DNA of 64,000 nt from Bugula neritina (taxonomy: Eukaryota > Animalia > Bryozoa), in contig OZ037767.1 in the NCBI GenBank assembly GCA_964035545.1, positions 27,482,628 through 27,546,627 on the forward strand, read 5' to 3'. The translations under genes were made by a program, and so were the position numbers. This document shows positions 14,401 to 27,639 of the stretch, piece by piece (the stretch's first letter is position 1; each line of letters opens with the position of its first letter). Below the pieces are notes generated by a model that searched no databases, was not told the DNA's origin, and was given only the letters and a program-made list of their open reading frames with translations.

Positions 14401-17400
14401 CATAGCCAGTAATGTAATTTCTAGTGCTTAAAATATCAAATTCAAAACTTTAGTTTATTTAGAAATGTTCAAACTTGAGTAGCTGACAATCTTACGAACC
14501 ACTACAAACTAGCTGATGGTAAGAGAAACATCAGCACGCTGTCCATTTGATAACACAGATAATCTCAATCTTATAAAATATACAAATAGTTGATAAAAAC
14601 ACCACTCATAAGTTTACATACGTGAAATTCATCTTTACCACCATTTGCCAATGTAGAGGCACGCAGTGCCATGTTGATAGACTTTAAGTAACTAATCCAG
14701 TTTAAAAGAAAGTTTCAAAATTATTAGAGGATTGGCTTAATCTATACACTCATTGCTGCGCGATGGAACAGTCAGACTGCCACAGTGAAAATTAGTGTGT
14801 GGATTAAATAGCTCAGTCTAATTTGATTAAGTTTGAAGTATTTCTACAAACAAACTTTATCACAGTTGGTGCATTTGTATGAACGCTTACAAGAGCAGAA
14901 ACAAATACAACTGTTATTCAAACCTTTTCTATTATTACTAACAATGAATGGTCTGACAGCAATATCAACACCAGGTGAAGTGTTTTGCAGTCAGCAAACA
15001 AAGTCAGCATAAAATTTTTACTTTCTTACAATATGGAATACTATGGAGCCAGGGGAGAAAAATCTCCAAAGGTTTTGATTTACTATCTTTCTCAGACAGA
15101 GAAGTAAATTTGTAAAACTCTCAACTTGTTCAACCAAAATAAAAAGATTATGGCACGAAACTGAATGTTTCAAAATAAAATTGAAAGTAAAAAAGTGGTT
15201 AATAAATGAATTCATTCTAGTCAATTTTTAGTCTAATTTGCTACAAATATTGTGGCAGAAACTTGGGCTATGCCACCCCCTCCCCCCCCCTAGCGATTGA
15301 AACTGAAAGTGGGTTAAGTTTTCTCACCCATGAGCATTCTCTATTGCAAAAGAATACTCTAAGTTGCACCTTAGACCAGTTTCTACTTGCTATACGGGCA
15401 CACCCACCTCTGCCCCCACCACAAGTTAAAACACCAACTAAACTAACAAACACCATTGAACTTACCATATTGTTGATAGAATATTACAGTGAAACACTAG
15501 TAGTCAACTACGTGCATCTAGTGACAAGAGTGAGTTAGTGTAGAGAGAGTAAAAGGTTTAGGGTGATATTTCAAGTGTAAATAATCAATAGTCATGTGTT
15601 TACCTGAGTAGCCTATCTAATATTCGTTGGGATGAATAAATTCTATATATTATTATAATTACAAACACAATCTGCCGTTAATATAACTTGGAAACCATTA
15701 TCTTAATGGCTGACATTAAATTGCTGAGAAAATTTCCCGTCAAAGAGTTGAGAGATGAAACTAATTTTATTTCATATTAGACAGCCATGGTCATTACATT
15801 ACAAAGTATTACAGACTATCACAATGCTAACTCATCACCTAAGCAATCGAATAGCAGAATAGCAGCAGCAGTTGTATATGTATTAAAAATAATAATTTAA
15901 ACTAGTAACAGCAGAGTGATTGATCATTTGCTAATTTTAACTAATAATTTAATCAGACAGCATTGTAAAACTTTGTGCCTAAACTGGTTGAATAAATTGA
16001 CCAATCAAATGCTTTTTGTTGTAAAGAAGTTGTCTAAACAAACTTTTCCATCGCAGCAATGAAATAGGACAAGATTTTTACAACCTGTGGGTCTGCTGTG
16101 TTTTTGAAAATCACCTGTCAAATATTGCTGCTTCATTAATGCTGTGACGTAATTCGATGACCTAATGCTGTGACATAATGATGTGACACAATGCTAAGAC
16201 CTAATGCTGTGACATAATGCTGTGACCTAATGCTGTGACATAATGCTGTGACATAATGCTGTGACCTAATGCTGTGACATTGTGACATATTTCAATAAGG
16301 TGACACCTAAACATCCATGAATTCTAGTTGGTATAAAGTTTAACAGGGGTTTGTTTTCTTTAAACCAATGTTAGAACATAAGTATTTTAAAAACAAGTTC
16401 CAGTAAAAAGCACAGGCAGTTATAAGCATCTTGTACTCAATTCAAGTGCTGCTGGTTTTAAAACAACTGGTTGCACTAAAACTTGAACAAAATAATATTA
16501 CAAGAGTAGACAACAACCACAATCTAAAAACATGTGTGACAATATCTCTTTCAAGTCTATATAAAAAGACAGCAAGCCCCTTGAGAGTTAAGGACAAAAG
16601 GCGTGTGACATGAATTGTTTTAGCAGAGTGGCTAAGTGATGTGTTCATCAACACAATAAATTATTAATTGTTATAATATTCCCTGGAGAGGCCTTGTTAT
16701 AATATTCAGTTGTAAAGTGACATCTTGTTTAGAACAAGAAGAACAACTAACAACATCTGACAAAGAAACACAGTAGAGGATGTTTTAATGCACACTTTAT
16801 CTGCACCTTTCCGTAGCTAGAAAGTTAAGAGAATCAACATTAATTTGTAATTTATGCATAATATAAATAATTCAAACATCATAAGTTGGAGTTACCCTCT
16901 CACCAAACTTTCAAAATGCAGTAACACAGAATTTAGATTTGGAAGATGCTATGAATGTACTACGAAATGCTTTGCAGAAGGTAATGTAATAATTCAGTTT
17001 AAAAAATATAATTATAATGTATCACATTTAGGAGAGACTGTGATCAATTAATTATACTGTATAAACTGTAATTGTGTTACAAACCTTTAAGCCGGTACCA
17101 GCTTGTACTTTTAGAGGTCGAGAAGGTTCGTGAGTTTGAGACTTTGTAGCAGAAGAGGTCATTGGTACTGTTCTATTAGTAGTTAGCGGAGTTTTAACTT
17201 GGGGTTTAGTAGGAGACTCGGGTTGAGGAATTCTAACAAAGGAATCATAACAATTAGTTACAATAAACCACCAAAATGGTTATAGGTTAACACAGTTGGA
17301 GTTCGGAAATGTGAATAAAACAGAAGTTACCTCTATATTGCTAAATTGAAATAAAAATCATAACAATATTTTATATTTTTTATTATTAAAATTAAATTAA

Positions 17401-20400
17401 ATATTTAAAATTAATTACAACGACCTTCACAAACTAGCAACAGAGTAAAATAACAACAGCAAAATAAAAAGGGTGAAAAATTTAATAATTTTCCAGAGTG
17501 TTCCAAAATGAATTTCCAGGGTCAGCGAAACAGCGGTTACCTGGAAGGTTGGCCATTCCTCACATCTGAGTCACTCCTGACAGAGCTCTGCCTGGATCTA
17601 TTGGGTTCAGGAGCCGCATTCACCACAGTTGGGGGAGTGTCTTCGGCCCCCTCAACCGAACCTGATTTTGACCCATCAGTACTTGACCTCCTTATAGAGT
17701 CTGACATGGTCCTACAGTATAAACCAAAAACCCAATTAACTTGAAGCATCACAACTCAACCACCACAAATCTTCCTAAGAGCAAACTAAGCACAATGTCT
17801 GACTACAACCTGGCCAAAGCTAGCATTTAGAATCTGATTAAACAGAGGAATGTTTACTTTAAGTAACTCAAAGGGGTTTCACTCAATGCTGGCTGACAGC
17901 TCTTACCTTTTCAGGTAGTCTGTTTCGTCGGCAGCATCCCGTACACACTCCGCGCTGGCATGTCTCTGAAGAACGCCGTGTTTGGAGTCCAGTTTCTCGA
18001 GAGTGTTCTGTACGGCTCTCATCCCATGCTGCCTCTCCTCCGACAGCGGCTTGTCAAACACACCTTCTTCATCATTGCTGAGTGTAACATACCGTAGCAG
18101 TGTTTACAACATACCAAGCAGGAGTGACTGACTCACACATGTATTGGGAGCTACGAGTAGCATACAGAAAAACTCAGGAGTTATTGTCTCCTGTATGCAT
18201 AACATGTAAAAGAAAGTTGTGTCTATGCCATTGTCGCAATGATATAATGTACTTATGTGAAACACACTCACCTGCTTAGTTAGACCACTGTGGTTCAGAT
18301 AAATACACTTGAGATACTAACCCATTAGGAGTTGTGTCCTTTTCCTCCTCATCTTCACCATTAAAGCTAAGCTGCTTTTTCACCAACTCTTCATACTGCG
18401 TCAGCGATGACTGTAGTCCAGATTTAGATGCCGACATCATACTGATAGAGAGGTCATTCAATAGTGTGTCTACGTTACTCAAAGCGTTGACAGAATTAGG
18501 GTTCAACGTTTCTACAGTTACAAGCAATATTTATTAATACTGGAACAGACAAAAGTAATTTTGCCGGCAGATAAAACAGCACTACAGTACCATGATTATC
18601 TATATAACTCAAGGTTTTACACATAAAAAGATACCCAATAGATAGAACAAAGTCAGCTAAAATACTGGTCCTACCAGGATATATAGACCCTAGCAAATGG
18701 CCGATGCATATAAACTAGCGTATGTATGCTGTGACATTAATGATTAATAAGCAAAGCCAATATAGATTGTTGGTCTCAAAACACATGCAAACATTTACTC
18801 TGAAGTTAATTGTATAAGCATAGTTTTAAACAACTCTTAAGTTGAAAAGTGCTTTCCATAACAGAAACAATGTTTGGACTCTAGTGGTTAATTTGATGAG
18901 CAGAACAACCTGGCACTAATGCCTCAACAGCTACTCTATAGCATAAAACTCAACAATACTGCAAACACCTTACTACAAATAATTGGCAGCTTGCCTATCA
19001 ATAACACAATAGTACTGCAGTCAATGTATTGAATGTAAATACTACTAAGTCAAACTCCAAGTGAATAGAACAATCGATCCATAAGCTAAGTATTTCAGTT
19101 AGTTGTGACATTAACTTGAATAAAATTGATGGTTATTGTATTTGTGTAATGGGTTACATTAGTAGCAACACTACCCTACCAAATTTAAATCCTTGTAGAT
19201 TATATTAACTAATGTTGATGTAGCCTATTTTACTTTCCTGTCTTTTCAAATGCACACTGGAAGAAATAATAATGCTTTGAACATGCCAGATTTATGCAAA
19301 GTCTACCACTAACTTAACCTGTTGGCATGAGCCACACAGTATAATAAAAAATAATATTTAACCTTGAAAACCTCATTTTCAATTTCATCCTCAATGAAAA
19401 TGCCTTTAGTCACTACAATGAAAGTAAAATTAAAAGCTTAAATTACTAGAAACTTTTCAGTGTCCACTGCTAAATTTTATGGCAACATAAATTAATCATT
19501 AAATAAAGAATTGCTTACTTGTTTTAATGCTTTTGGAAGTATTTGAGTTTGACTAAGCGATAGTTTACCATTTCAAGTAAAAGCAATTCCTTGAATGTTG
19601 TTAGTAGGGTGATTAAATTACAAACAATATTTTCAAAGTTTGCATGCTTTTACACTACTTTGAGTTTCTGACCAATTACAGTGATCAACAGAATTCTATA
19701 AACAGCAAAAATAGTAGCAACTAAATTTTTTAAATAATATAATATCAATATAATATTCTAATATTGCTATAATAACGATACAGATTAAATATAAATACAA
19801 CTAACACAAATGCATATAATACAAATAGCTTCAACTTTGTATCATTCACACATTTAAGTGAAGGGAGCTTAAATTACTACTTTTGGGGATAACCTATAAG
19901 CGAAATATTGTCACAACTCAATGTAACACTCAAAAACTATTGGATTCCAGTTAATTGAGCTAATGGAAATAATGTAGACGCATCTACTTTATTGAAAAAG
20001 TATAATATACATTTTATTACATATTTTTGAGTTATTCAAGATTATTTTTGAAATGTGGCAATTTAAACTTTACAAAGCAGTATTCACAAAACATAAAAAT
20101 GCCCAAATGCAAAGAGATCATATTGGAAAATTATAATAAAGCTATTGAATTTAAATATGACAGAAAAATATTGCATTCTGTTTTTTATTAAATTATTAAG
20201 ACACTTTCTACCTTTATCTTACAGTGAATATAGTTTTGAAATGATTTCTTTACTAAAAATTGGTAATGAAAACCCCTGCACCAATCTAGGAATCAATTCA
20301 GTGGCGTTTGAGTAAGCTGCTAGTCAAGTTTAAACCGATGAAACTGCTAAATTTATGTTTTTAGAAAAAACTAGAACTAGTTTTTTATAAAATAATGTTT

Positions 20401-21613
20401 TGCAAAATAAGTTTAATACCCAAACTAAGTTTTTAATCTCTTTGGATATTGAAATGGACCAAGTATATAAAGAGACTTTCTTCGCTAAAGCAACTAGAAC
20501 AATGTGTTAGTTTAAAGTTCTTTGCTAATATAAATGCTCCAAGACTACTATGTGATAATTTTTTGGCATTGACAAGTTGAAATGCCAAAAACCTATTGAC
20601 ATGTTAAATAGCCTAACAAACTAAAACAAAATATTCATACATGTGTACATGAACATAACCAGTAATATAACAAACATACACTAAATATTAAAAAAAAAAT
20701 CAGAAACACCTTCCAAATAATCACCATATTAAAAAATTAGAGAACATTCGATGATCACCAACCAAATTGGAAACAATTGGATGTGTTTCAATTTAACATT
20801 GACTGTGAAAATTTTTAATTTGATGTTCCTTTTTGAGCTTCTATTTTTAGTTGTGATTTAAGGTAAATATTAACGTTATCTTTTAATATGATTTTGATAA
20901 TAAACTATAATTTTATGCTGTCATATTTGTATTTACTTTTAGTTTTACTGATTCACATTTGTCTTTGCAGGTAAACCAAATGACATTATTATAGCCATGG
21001 GGCTAGGCATAGTAATAGTCAATAACAATAACATGAACCTCATTGGGATTGTATATTATAATTATATTTAAATTTAAATAATAGATATTGTTCTAATTAC
21101 ATTATTATTACATCAAGATATATTAATATTTATAACCATAAGCCAGCCAAAAGCAAAATGATGTAAATAATAATAGTAATTGGGTAGCACTAATCTTATA
21201 AGCATAAGTATGGGCTATGGCTTTTTAATTTAGTATTAGTAAAACTATAAGTATTACTATTAGTTATTAATATTTTGATTTTACTTTTTAGTACTAGTAG
21301 TATAAGTATGTTCTAGTAGCATCAGTACTACAAATACTAATAGTACTTTGATTTTCACTTTGCCTACTTGCATTATCATTATGATTAACGTTAAACTATT
21401 TAATTTTAAATAATTTTCGTATTCACATTGACTATAACTATTACTCTCAGTATTAGTATTACTATTAGTAACAGTATTACTAAGAGTATGAAGTAAATTA
21501 TTAGTATTTACTATTTTAGTATTTAAACTAGGAGTAGGTATTTGACTAGCTCAGACCTTACCTAAAACCCATTGCTCAGTTTGAATGACTCTGCTTGCAC
21601 GATAATGATCCAT
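5452..21613 (-). CDS. Coiled-coil protein with a single C-terminal CAP-Gly microtubule-binding domain, multi-exon
   Basis: Exons (minus strand): 21562-21613 (putative first), 18322-18511, 17907-18077, 17541-17711, 17085-17232, 13847-14038, 13411-13600, 12682-12848, 12271-12440, 11691-11905, 10271-10504, 8441-8680, 6753-7037 (or 7025), 6310-6355, 5452-5512. Phases join correctly. The C-terminus reads GLVKFVGHLHDRNDTFIGLELEYQ-DGKHDGMYDGVRYFDC-KPNRGAFITFNKVIMVWGS*, a CAP-Gly with a GKHDG variant of the GKNDG motif. Middle exons are heptad-rich (LKRQVEALKVENQRLK, LKSELAQLRVDLKAMQEK). The 5' end is less certain. Confidence 0.8.
6515..6609. repeat. 34-bp minisatellite (about 2.8 copies) built from the quasi-palindrome CATAC-A-GTATG
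   Basis: Unit catacagtatg-catacagtatg-tag-catagtaag at 6515, 6549 and 6583, in the intron that splits the CAP-Gly domain. Confidence 0.85.
8952..9170 (+). mobile_element. Degenerate tRNA-derived SINE
   Basis: Pol III A-box-like TAAGGTCTAGTG (8961-8972) and B-box GGTTCGATCAC (9013-9023) about 40 nt apart, followed by a body (taggaagagcatccagtc...) and an AT-rich tail. No intact cloverleaf. Boundaries approximate. Confidence 0.55.
13690..13846. repeat. Compound (TATACAGG/TATAG)n repeat plus (AC)n microsatellite abutting a splice donor
   Basis: Direct reading. The (AC)n tract supplies the minus-strand donor GAG|GTGTGTGT at 13846. (AGAC)n at 13610-13624 lies at the acceptor end of the same intron. 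Confidence 0.9.
14622..14672 (-). CDS. Putative alternative first coding exon of the CAP-Gly gene (MALRASTLANGGKDEFH)
   Basis: CAACATGG start context, 17 open codons, phase-0 donor CAC|GTATGT matching the phase-0 acceptor at 14038. Confidence 0.45.
16137..16288. repeat. 13-bp minisatellite (TAATGCTGTGACM), about 11 copies
   Basis: Direct reading of tandem units. Confidence 0.9.
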
Positions 21614-24340
21614 GAGCTAGCTTTTTAAAAGTAGTTTATAAAAGAACTTCTATTAAAAATCATAAAATTCATCATTATAATGGTTAAAACATGGCACTCA
21701 ACTTTAACTAGAAACAATTTGTGTGATAAATACTGATACTCATATAAGTACAGTCATAAGCATCGAGAAAGCCGGACACCCACTAAATGACGCCATGTTG
21801 TATATTATTTTACTATGCCAATAACACAATGAATGAATGAATGAATGAATACAAATTGAAATAGCCCGTTAACATTGCTAAAACCTGAGAGACATAGGCA
21901 ATCACTACTATAGCGAGTGGAACAGGCGTTTTTATAACGTTTATTTGGAGTTACATTCTCGTTTTTAACAGAGAGAACAACTTGAAATATTTGTTATCTA
22001 ATATATATTCTATTAACCTCCAACAATTTGTTTACTTGTTGGAAGATAATAGATATATAAGACATATAATAAAAGATTATAATAAAAGATATATTTTAAT
22101 TAAAACTTATCGTGATATAAACACTCACTGAGTTCACTCAGTAGAAACAGCAGTATAAATACATTTTCATATAGCATAATATATTTACTATATTAAAATT
22201 TTTGCCATTTCCTACATGTCCATTATTCAAATAAAAATATATTTTTATATTTGCAACCAAAATTTTTGCATATATAGTAATGATTGATTTGGTAGAAGTT
22301 TATAAATACAAATACATCAGCCACCACACTTGTTGAGGATCATTTGGGTACATAGTTTTACAGGGTAACTGAGCTTATATAGCAGATGCACCATAACTTA
22401 AAAAATGTCTCCTTAATTAGAGAAAACTCCTCTCGATGACATATGTAACATATAACAAAAATTAGCGTAGAACTATGTTGAAGATTTGTATATTAAAAGT
22501 CATTGCATGCAGTTACCTATAACTGAAGTAATTATATACGTAGATACTACACATTATATGTTCTAACTCATCTATTGAGGAGCTGCTATGAAGCATAGTT
22601 ATGACTAATAATATGCAGTAATAAAATATTGCAAAAAACAGCAATAACTATTTCCTATTGAATGTATCAACATAAAAACCAATGTTATTGTTTGAACGCT
22701 TCTAATCCTGTAACATATATTGCGCAATTGCTTATTACCTTATTGAAATTATAAGCAATTATATACTTGAAAATAGTTGAAATATTTTTTACGATGTGTA
22801 TTCAAAATCTGCACTTACCATTGTCTTCATATATAATACTATAATATACTCCTTACAGTATTTATTTATCTGGCAAGAGAACAAGAAATTCAGGGAGAGT
22901 TGATTATGCAAATATATGCCACACTTTGATAAAGCTGTTCTACTTACTTTACTGAATTAATAGCAACAAGCTACTTTTTCTCCAGTTAGACTGCAGTTGG
23001 CATTCTTGAGGACAAGTTACTTTTAGGAACATACACAGAGCGTCCCTTAACTACTTCTCAAATTAAAGTACTCTTGAAAGCACTAGCCTTGCCTAATGAT
23101 AAAGGAGAACTTAAACAATAAACTACTTGAAAACATATAATCAACTGCTCATACAATTTATTCAGCTCTTTGAAAGAGCTGCAGTTGACAGTTTAAATTT
23201 TATCAATAAAGTAACGCTATTTTAATGTTTGATCAAATCCGAATACAAACAGAAAATCTACGAACTTAGTGATACGATAATGAAAGTTACAAGTCCTTTG
23301 CTTGTTGTTTCTTATTTCAAGATATGAATAAACTGTAAAGCAAGTTTTACAGCAAAGCAACCAGCATTGTCTTCTGAATATAGCAATGTTGTTATTATAA
23401 GACTGCTATAGTAAACAGTATGATAAATCTCTAGAAATAAGGGTTTTCATTATTAAAATGATGCAGTTTATGATCATTTATTGATTGAAAATGACATAGA
23501 GCAACGTTTACTCTATGATTGTCTGTTTGTGTTAAACAGCCAATCATCTTTTTTCCTTTTGATAAAACAGAATTATGCTGGATGGTTATTTGTAGAAAGG
23601 CTAGTTACAGACAGATCCTACACAAACCATTATCACACTCAATAAACTTTATTTTCTGTGTTTATTTCAAATGATGGCATTTCAGAATGTATCAAAAACA
23701 GCACAACAACTTTAGAAGCATTGCTACTGGCTGAGTGGACAAAAACTAATGAATGTAGACAGCATAGTATTGTAAGCAGTAGTACTAATATACTAATATT
23801 AGCATAATTTAACACTGAAGTTTTACAATACAACATAGAAGTACATATAAGAGTGGTAGTTGTTATAACAGTGTAAACTTTATAATAATACACTAGACAT
23901 TACGTGGCCAATCGACAGACATAAGAAATACATCTATGCTAATTAAAGTTGATGAAATCCAGGGCTGAAAACAACATAAAGCCAAAGTTGAAATACTAAC
24001 GCATAATACCGATATTACACAATGAATATAATATAATGTATACAGATATAAAACTATTCAATTGTTTTAAAATTAAAAAAACTGACACTTTTGAAGGAAA
24101 AGTTATGTATACATTGCGAGTCAATACATAAAATATAAATAAATTTGTGGCACTCAGTATAGCCGATTTCTTTCGCACCACAAACTTGAATCATCTGCTG
24201 GTAAGTCTAGTTCACAGATAAGAAAAAGTTGGCACTTTAGTGCACCTGACATAAGCGTGTCAGTGTCATCTATTCATGTGGACATGTGCCGCAGGTGCTT
24301 GATAATGCGTGATAGAGAAGGTGGTGCATTGATACTGGCT

Positions 24341-27300
24341 TTACTCAAAGGTGACCCATGAATTTTGAGAGCTGAAACAGAAACATTAGCTTAGATTTCA
24401 CAATCAACAATAACACAATTAAAATTGAAAAAATTTTAGAACTTATTGCATAATGAAAAAAGTTTTTATTAAAGTGACACAAGAGATGGGCCAAAGCCAA
24501 ATCATAGCGTGGCAGAAATATTTAAGGCAAAACTTACTCAAACAATGCTCTGAATTGACTTATAAACTTGTATTGCTAGGTTAAAAACTTATATAAATCT
24601 TAAGGATAATCAGTAATTACAAGCATCTGCCAGTATAAAAATAAAAAACACAAACTGATAGCTCTAGTTCAATGTACATCTATTCATATTCTGTACAGAA
24701 TGAGAACATAACTGACGTACATCAATTGTTATTACCGATGTAATAGGAAAATGCAAGTATATTGTAAAGTTTACATTAATTAAATTCACTGTAAATACTA
24801 TTATCTAAGTAAGAAATAAAAAACAAGCATTTAAATTTTTAATTTCAAGTAAAGGGTAGATTAGACATAGAAACTAGTTTAGCTATTCAACAGCAACAAC
24901 TTTTCATCTTGATATGCGCCTAAATGTCACCTCAACACTTATCATAAAACAGTAAATGATAATTCAGATTAAACACTCGGCTATAGCATTGCCTCTCACC
25001 TCTTTTGACTAGGTTGAGATGGAGTTGTTGCTGCTTGGCTTGGCGCAGAGCCTGGAGGAGGAAGGATTCTACCACTAGGAGGGGGCGGTGGGAGTAGACC
25101 CCCACCCGCAGCACCAGTGGGCCGAGCCTTGGATTTGCTATCCGGGTCCTTTTTAGTAGCCTATAACATCACATTAGCAGTTATAGACTCTGCAGTGAAC
25201 TCACAATAAGAAGTAACACACAATCAGACCGGTTTGCTTACAATATTCAGTTTGATTGTTTGGCCTTCCTTGAACCCCAAGTCTAGTTTTGGAGTGTTGT
25301 CTATTTTAGCCGTGCCACTGGCTATTTCCTTTTCCTTTGCAACATATCTACAACATGAGATATCGAACAATGTTCATATTACACCAAGCAGCATCATAGT
25401 GTATAATGTAATGCCTACCACAATGCATGAACAAATCAGAATGGTGTAAACTCAGTGAATTTCTTACAAACTTAAAACACACAGTGTTATATGCAATGAG
25501 CAGAAAAGTCACATAAAAGACATGAGACCAAATAAATAAGTGTGTTAGTCATCAGTTGCCTACATTTCAAATAATTCAACTTTCAGCAAATCACTAAAAG
25601 TTTCGCTGTGCCATATTGACTATTACAAATGCCCGACTATTATGATGATGCGTGCAAAGAGGAGACAACAAAAATAATGAACAACATAACAAATTGGTCC
25701 TCCTTCATTATAAAAGTCTTCAATATTTACATATCATATGTTTCTTCTAATAGAACATCCGTAAAGTTCATACTATGATATTGTACACACAATTCTATGT
25801 TTAAAAGTCCAAGGTCAATCTAGCCCGAGATTAAAACCAACACAACATGAGAATAATCATCACCTGAAATGATCTTGCAGAGCTACGTTGAGATCAAAGG
25901 AGTCTGCCCGATCTTGGAAACCCACACCAATGAAGGCAGTTCTGCCTACAAGTATAGTAGACAGAGTATTGTATACGGAGTATTGTATACGGAGTATTGT
26001 ATACAGAGTATTGTATACAGAGTATTGTATGCAGAGTACAAACCTGGACTACACTTGCTTAGAGCAAACGACATCCTGACATACATTAAGCCACAGAGTA
26101 CACATATAGTATATACCACGTCTGAAGTAAAGTTACATTAACTAACAAATGACCGAGCTTTAAATTGACCAAACTAAGCCTAAGGCCACACGGTGCGTAT
26201 TTTCGCATGCGAAAATTGAAATCACGAGTAGCAAAGGTGTCCACTGTAGCGTCAGTGATGCGTGATAAATAAAGCTTTCATTTTTAAATCGAACTCGCTT
26301 TCAATAAAACGCAATTTACTGGAATGTAGTACTAAAATAAAGAAATTGGGCTCGCTGAATAACTACCAGCCAATTAAGTGACGACGACAGAGACGATTTG
26401 CACTTGCGTTGAGAATGCTGAGCGACAAGTGCGAATGTTTTCTCAACGCGTACAGTGGACACCTTTGCTACTTGTGATTTCAATTTTCGCATGCGAAAAT
26501 ACGCACCGTGTGGCCCTAGGCTAAAAGTGTAGGTTGACAGATGAGTGTTTAGATGTCACTTTAGTGATTGGGACAAGTGACAACATTCATGTGTGTTATT
26601 CATAAGTTATTACTGAGTAGTAAGAACAAGCAAACTTTCTAGCAATTCTAATTGTCAAATAAAATCTACCCATTCACTCTTTTTAAACAGTCTTAACTTT
26701 AAGTCTTTTTTTAATTAAATGAAAATTTGTCTTGAGTTTAAAAGAACATTAACATGAAAATTGTTGAACTTTAAAACTTATGCAAAATTTGGTAAAGTGT
26801 TGAGGGTTCCCTGTTAGAAGGTAAATAGCTAAATAATACCTACATAATATTGTTAAAAATTTTGCAAAAATAAATTTGGCTGAACTCTGAATAAAAAAGT
26901 TTAAACTGACTATTTGTATAAGTTTTCATATATATTTATAGATTATAGCATATATAAATTTTTAAATATCAACACATTCTGAAAAATATTAGTTTTACTG
27001 CGAAAGTTGCTACAAATTTGTCACCTCCATCTCCAACCAGCCTCAGCACAAAGTATCTGCTGGAATCCATGACAGCCTCAACGGCTACGCCCGGGTAAGC
27101 TTCAACAGGACATTGAGCAAACAACTCCCCATTATTTCTATCCTCCAACTTGATTGTAACAGCTGGCCCTTTAGCTACAACTCTCATCCTCATTGTATAG
27201 TCAGGTTGATCTAGCTTCCAATCAGCAGCTCTGTAAACCACATAGATATGTCATGGTCACACGAACAACATTGTGGAATTCTAGCATTGTGTGTGTGTTC

Positions 27301-27619
27301 GTGTGTGTTTATGTACGTATGTACATTATAAACAAAAAAAGCATTTCAGTTACTCGTGTTTTAATTAAAGAAGTTTTCTAATATCTATTTAAAAATATCC
27401 AAAGATGAAAATGCATGCAAAAACCATAAAAGTATGTGGCAAATATGGGCATCATTGTGTAGCCATAACAAATAGTTTACTTATAAACAGTGAAATTCAA
27501 GTATCTTTCACAACAAAAATTTCCTCAACAAACCTGTAGCCTCTGTTGGATTGCCTAGGAGGGATGTTGTAGACAAAAACTTCATTTTTCACACACAAAA
27601 CACTTTCGTAATCCGCCAT
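24341..27619 (-). CDS. NECAP: Adaptin ear-binding coat-associated protein (NECAP1/2 family), 223 aa, 6 exons
   Basis: Exons 27534-27619 ([29 protein letters not shown]), 27025-27230 ([10 protein letters not shown]...ELFAQCPV...[15 protein letters not shown]), 25864-25945 ([26 protein letters not shown]), 25242-25347 ([17 protein letters not shown]), 25000-25160 (LLPPPPP), 24341-24371 (SWVTFE*). These are the PHear domain, KEGQTI and WXXF motifs. Confidence 0.95.
25961..26040. repeat. 14-bp minisatellite (ACAGAGTATTGTAT), about 5.5 copies, next to the NECAP exon 3 acceptor
   Basis: Direct reading; begins about 15 bp from the acceptor AG at 25946-25947. Confidence 0.9.
26178..26521. mobile_element. 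MITE, PIF/Harbinger-like non-autonomous DNA transposon (344 bp) in NECAP intron 2
   Basis: About 71-bp terminal inverted repeats (gcctaRggccacacggtgcgtattttcgcatgcgaaaattgaaatcacRagtagcaaaggtgtccactgta, 2 mismatches). TAA flanks both ends (26175-26177, 26522-26524), the TWA target duplication typical of PIF/Harbinger. No coding capacity. Confidence 0.85.
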
Positions 27620-27629
27620 TATGTTGATG

Positions 27630-27639
27630 GTGACGTCAC
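27630..27639. promoter_or_regulatory. Palindromic CRE/ATF site GTGACGTCAC just upstream of the NECAP start codon
   Basis: Perfect TGACGTCA core 11 bp from the ATG at 27619, in CpG-poor surroundings. Confidence 0.5.

Noticed and set aside
15263-15430. C-rich segment as a MITE remnant or ORF
   Set aside because: No paired TIRs or target duplication could be identified, and the ORFs lack coding features.
19363-19412. Possible CAP-Gly exon (VTKGIFIEDEIENEVFK)
   Set aside because: Splice sites are plausible, but it goes from phase 1 to phase 0 while the next exon needs phase 1. I found no compensating exon, so it is left out of the model.
21740-21800. Upstream ATG (CAACATGGCG) as the CAP-Gly gene start
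   Set aside because: The frame closes after 18 codons with no good donor; more likely a YY1-like promoter motif.
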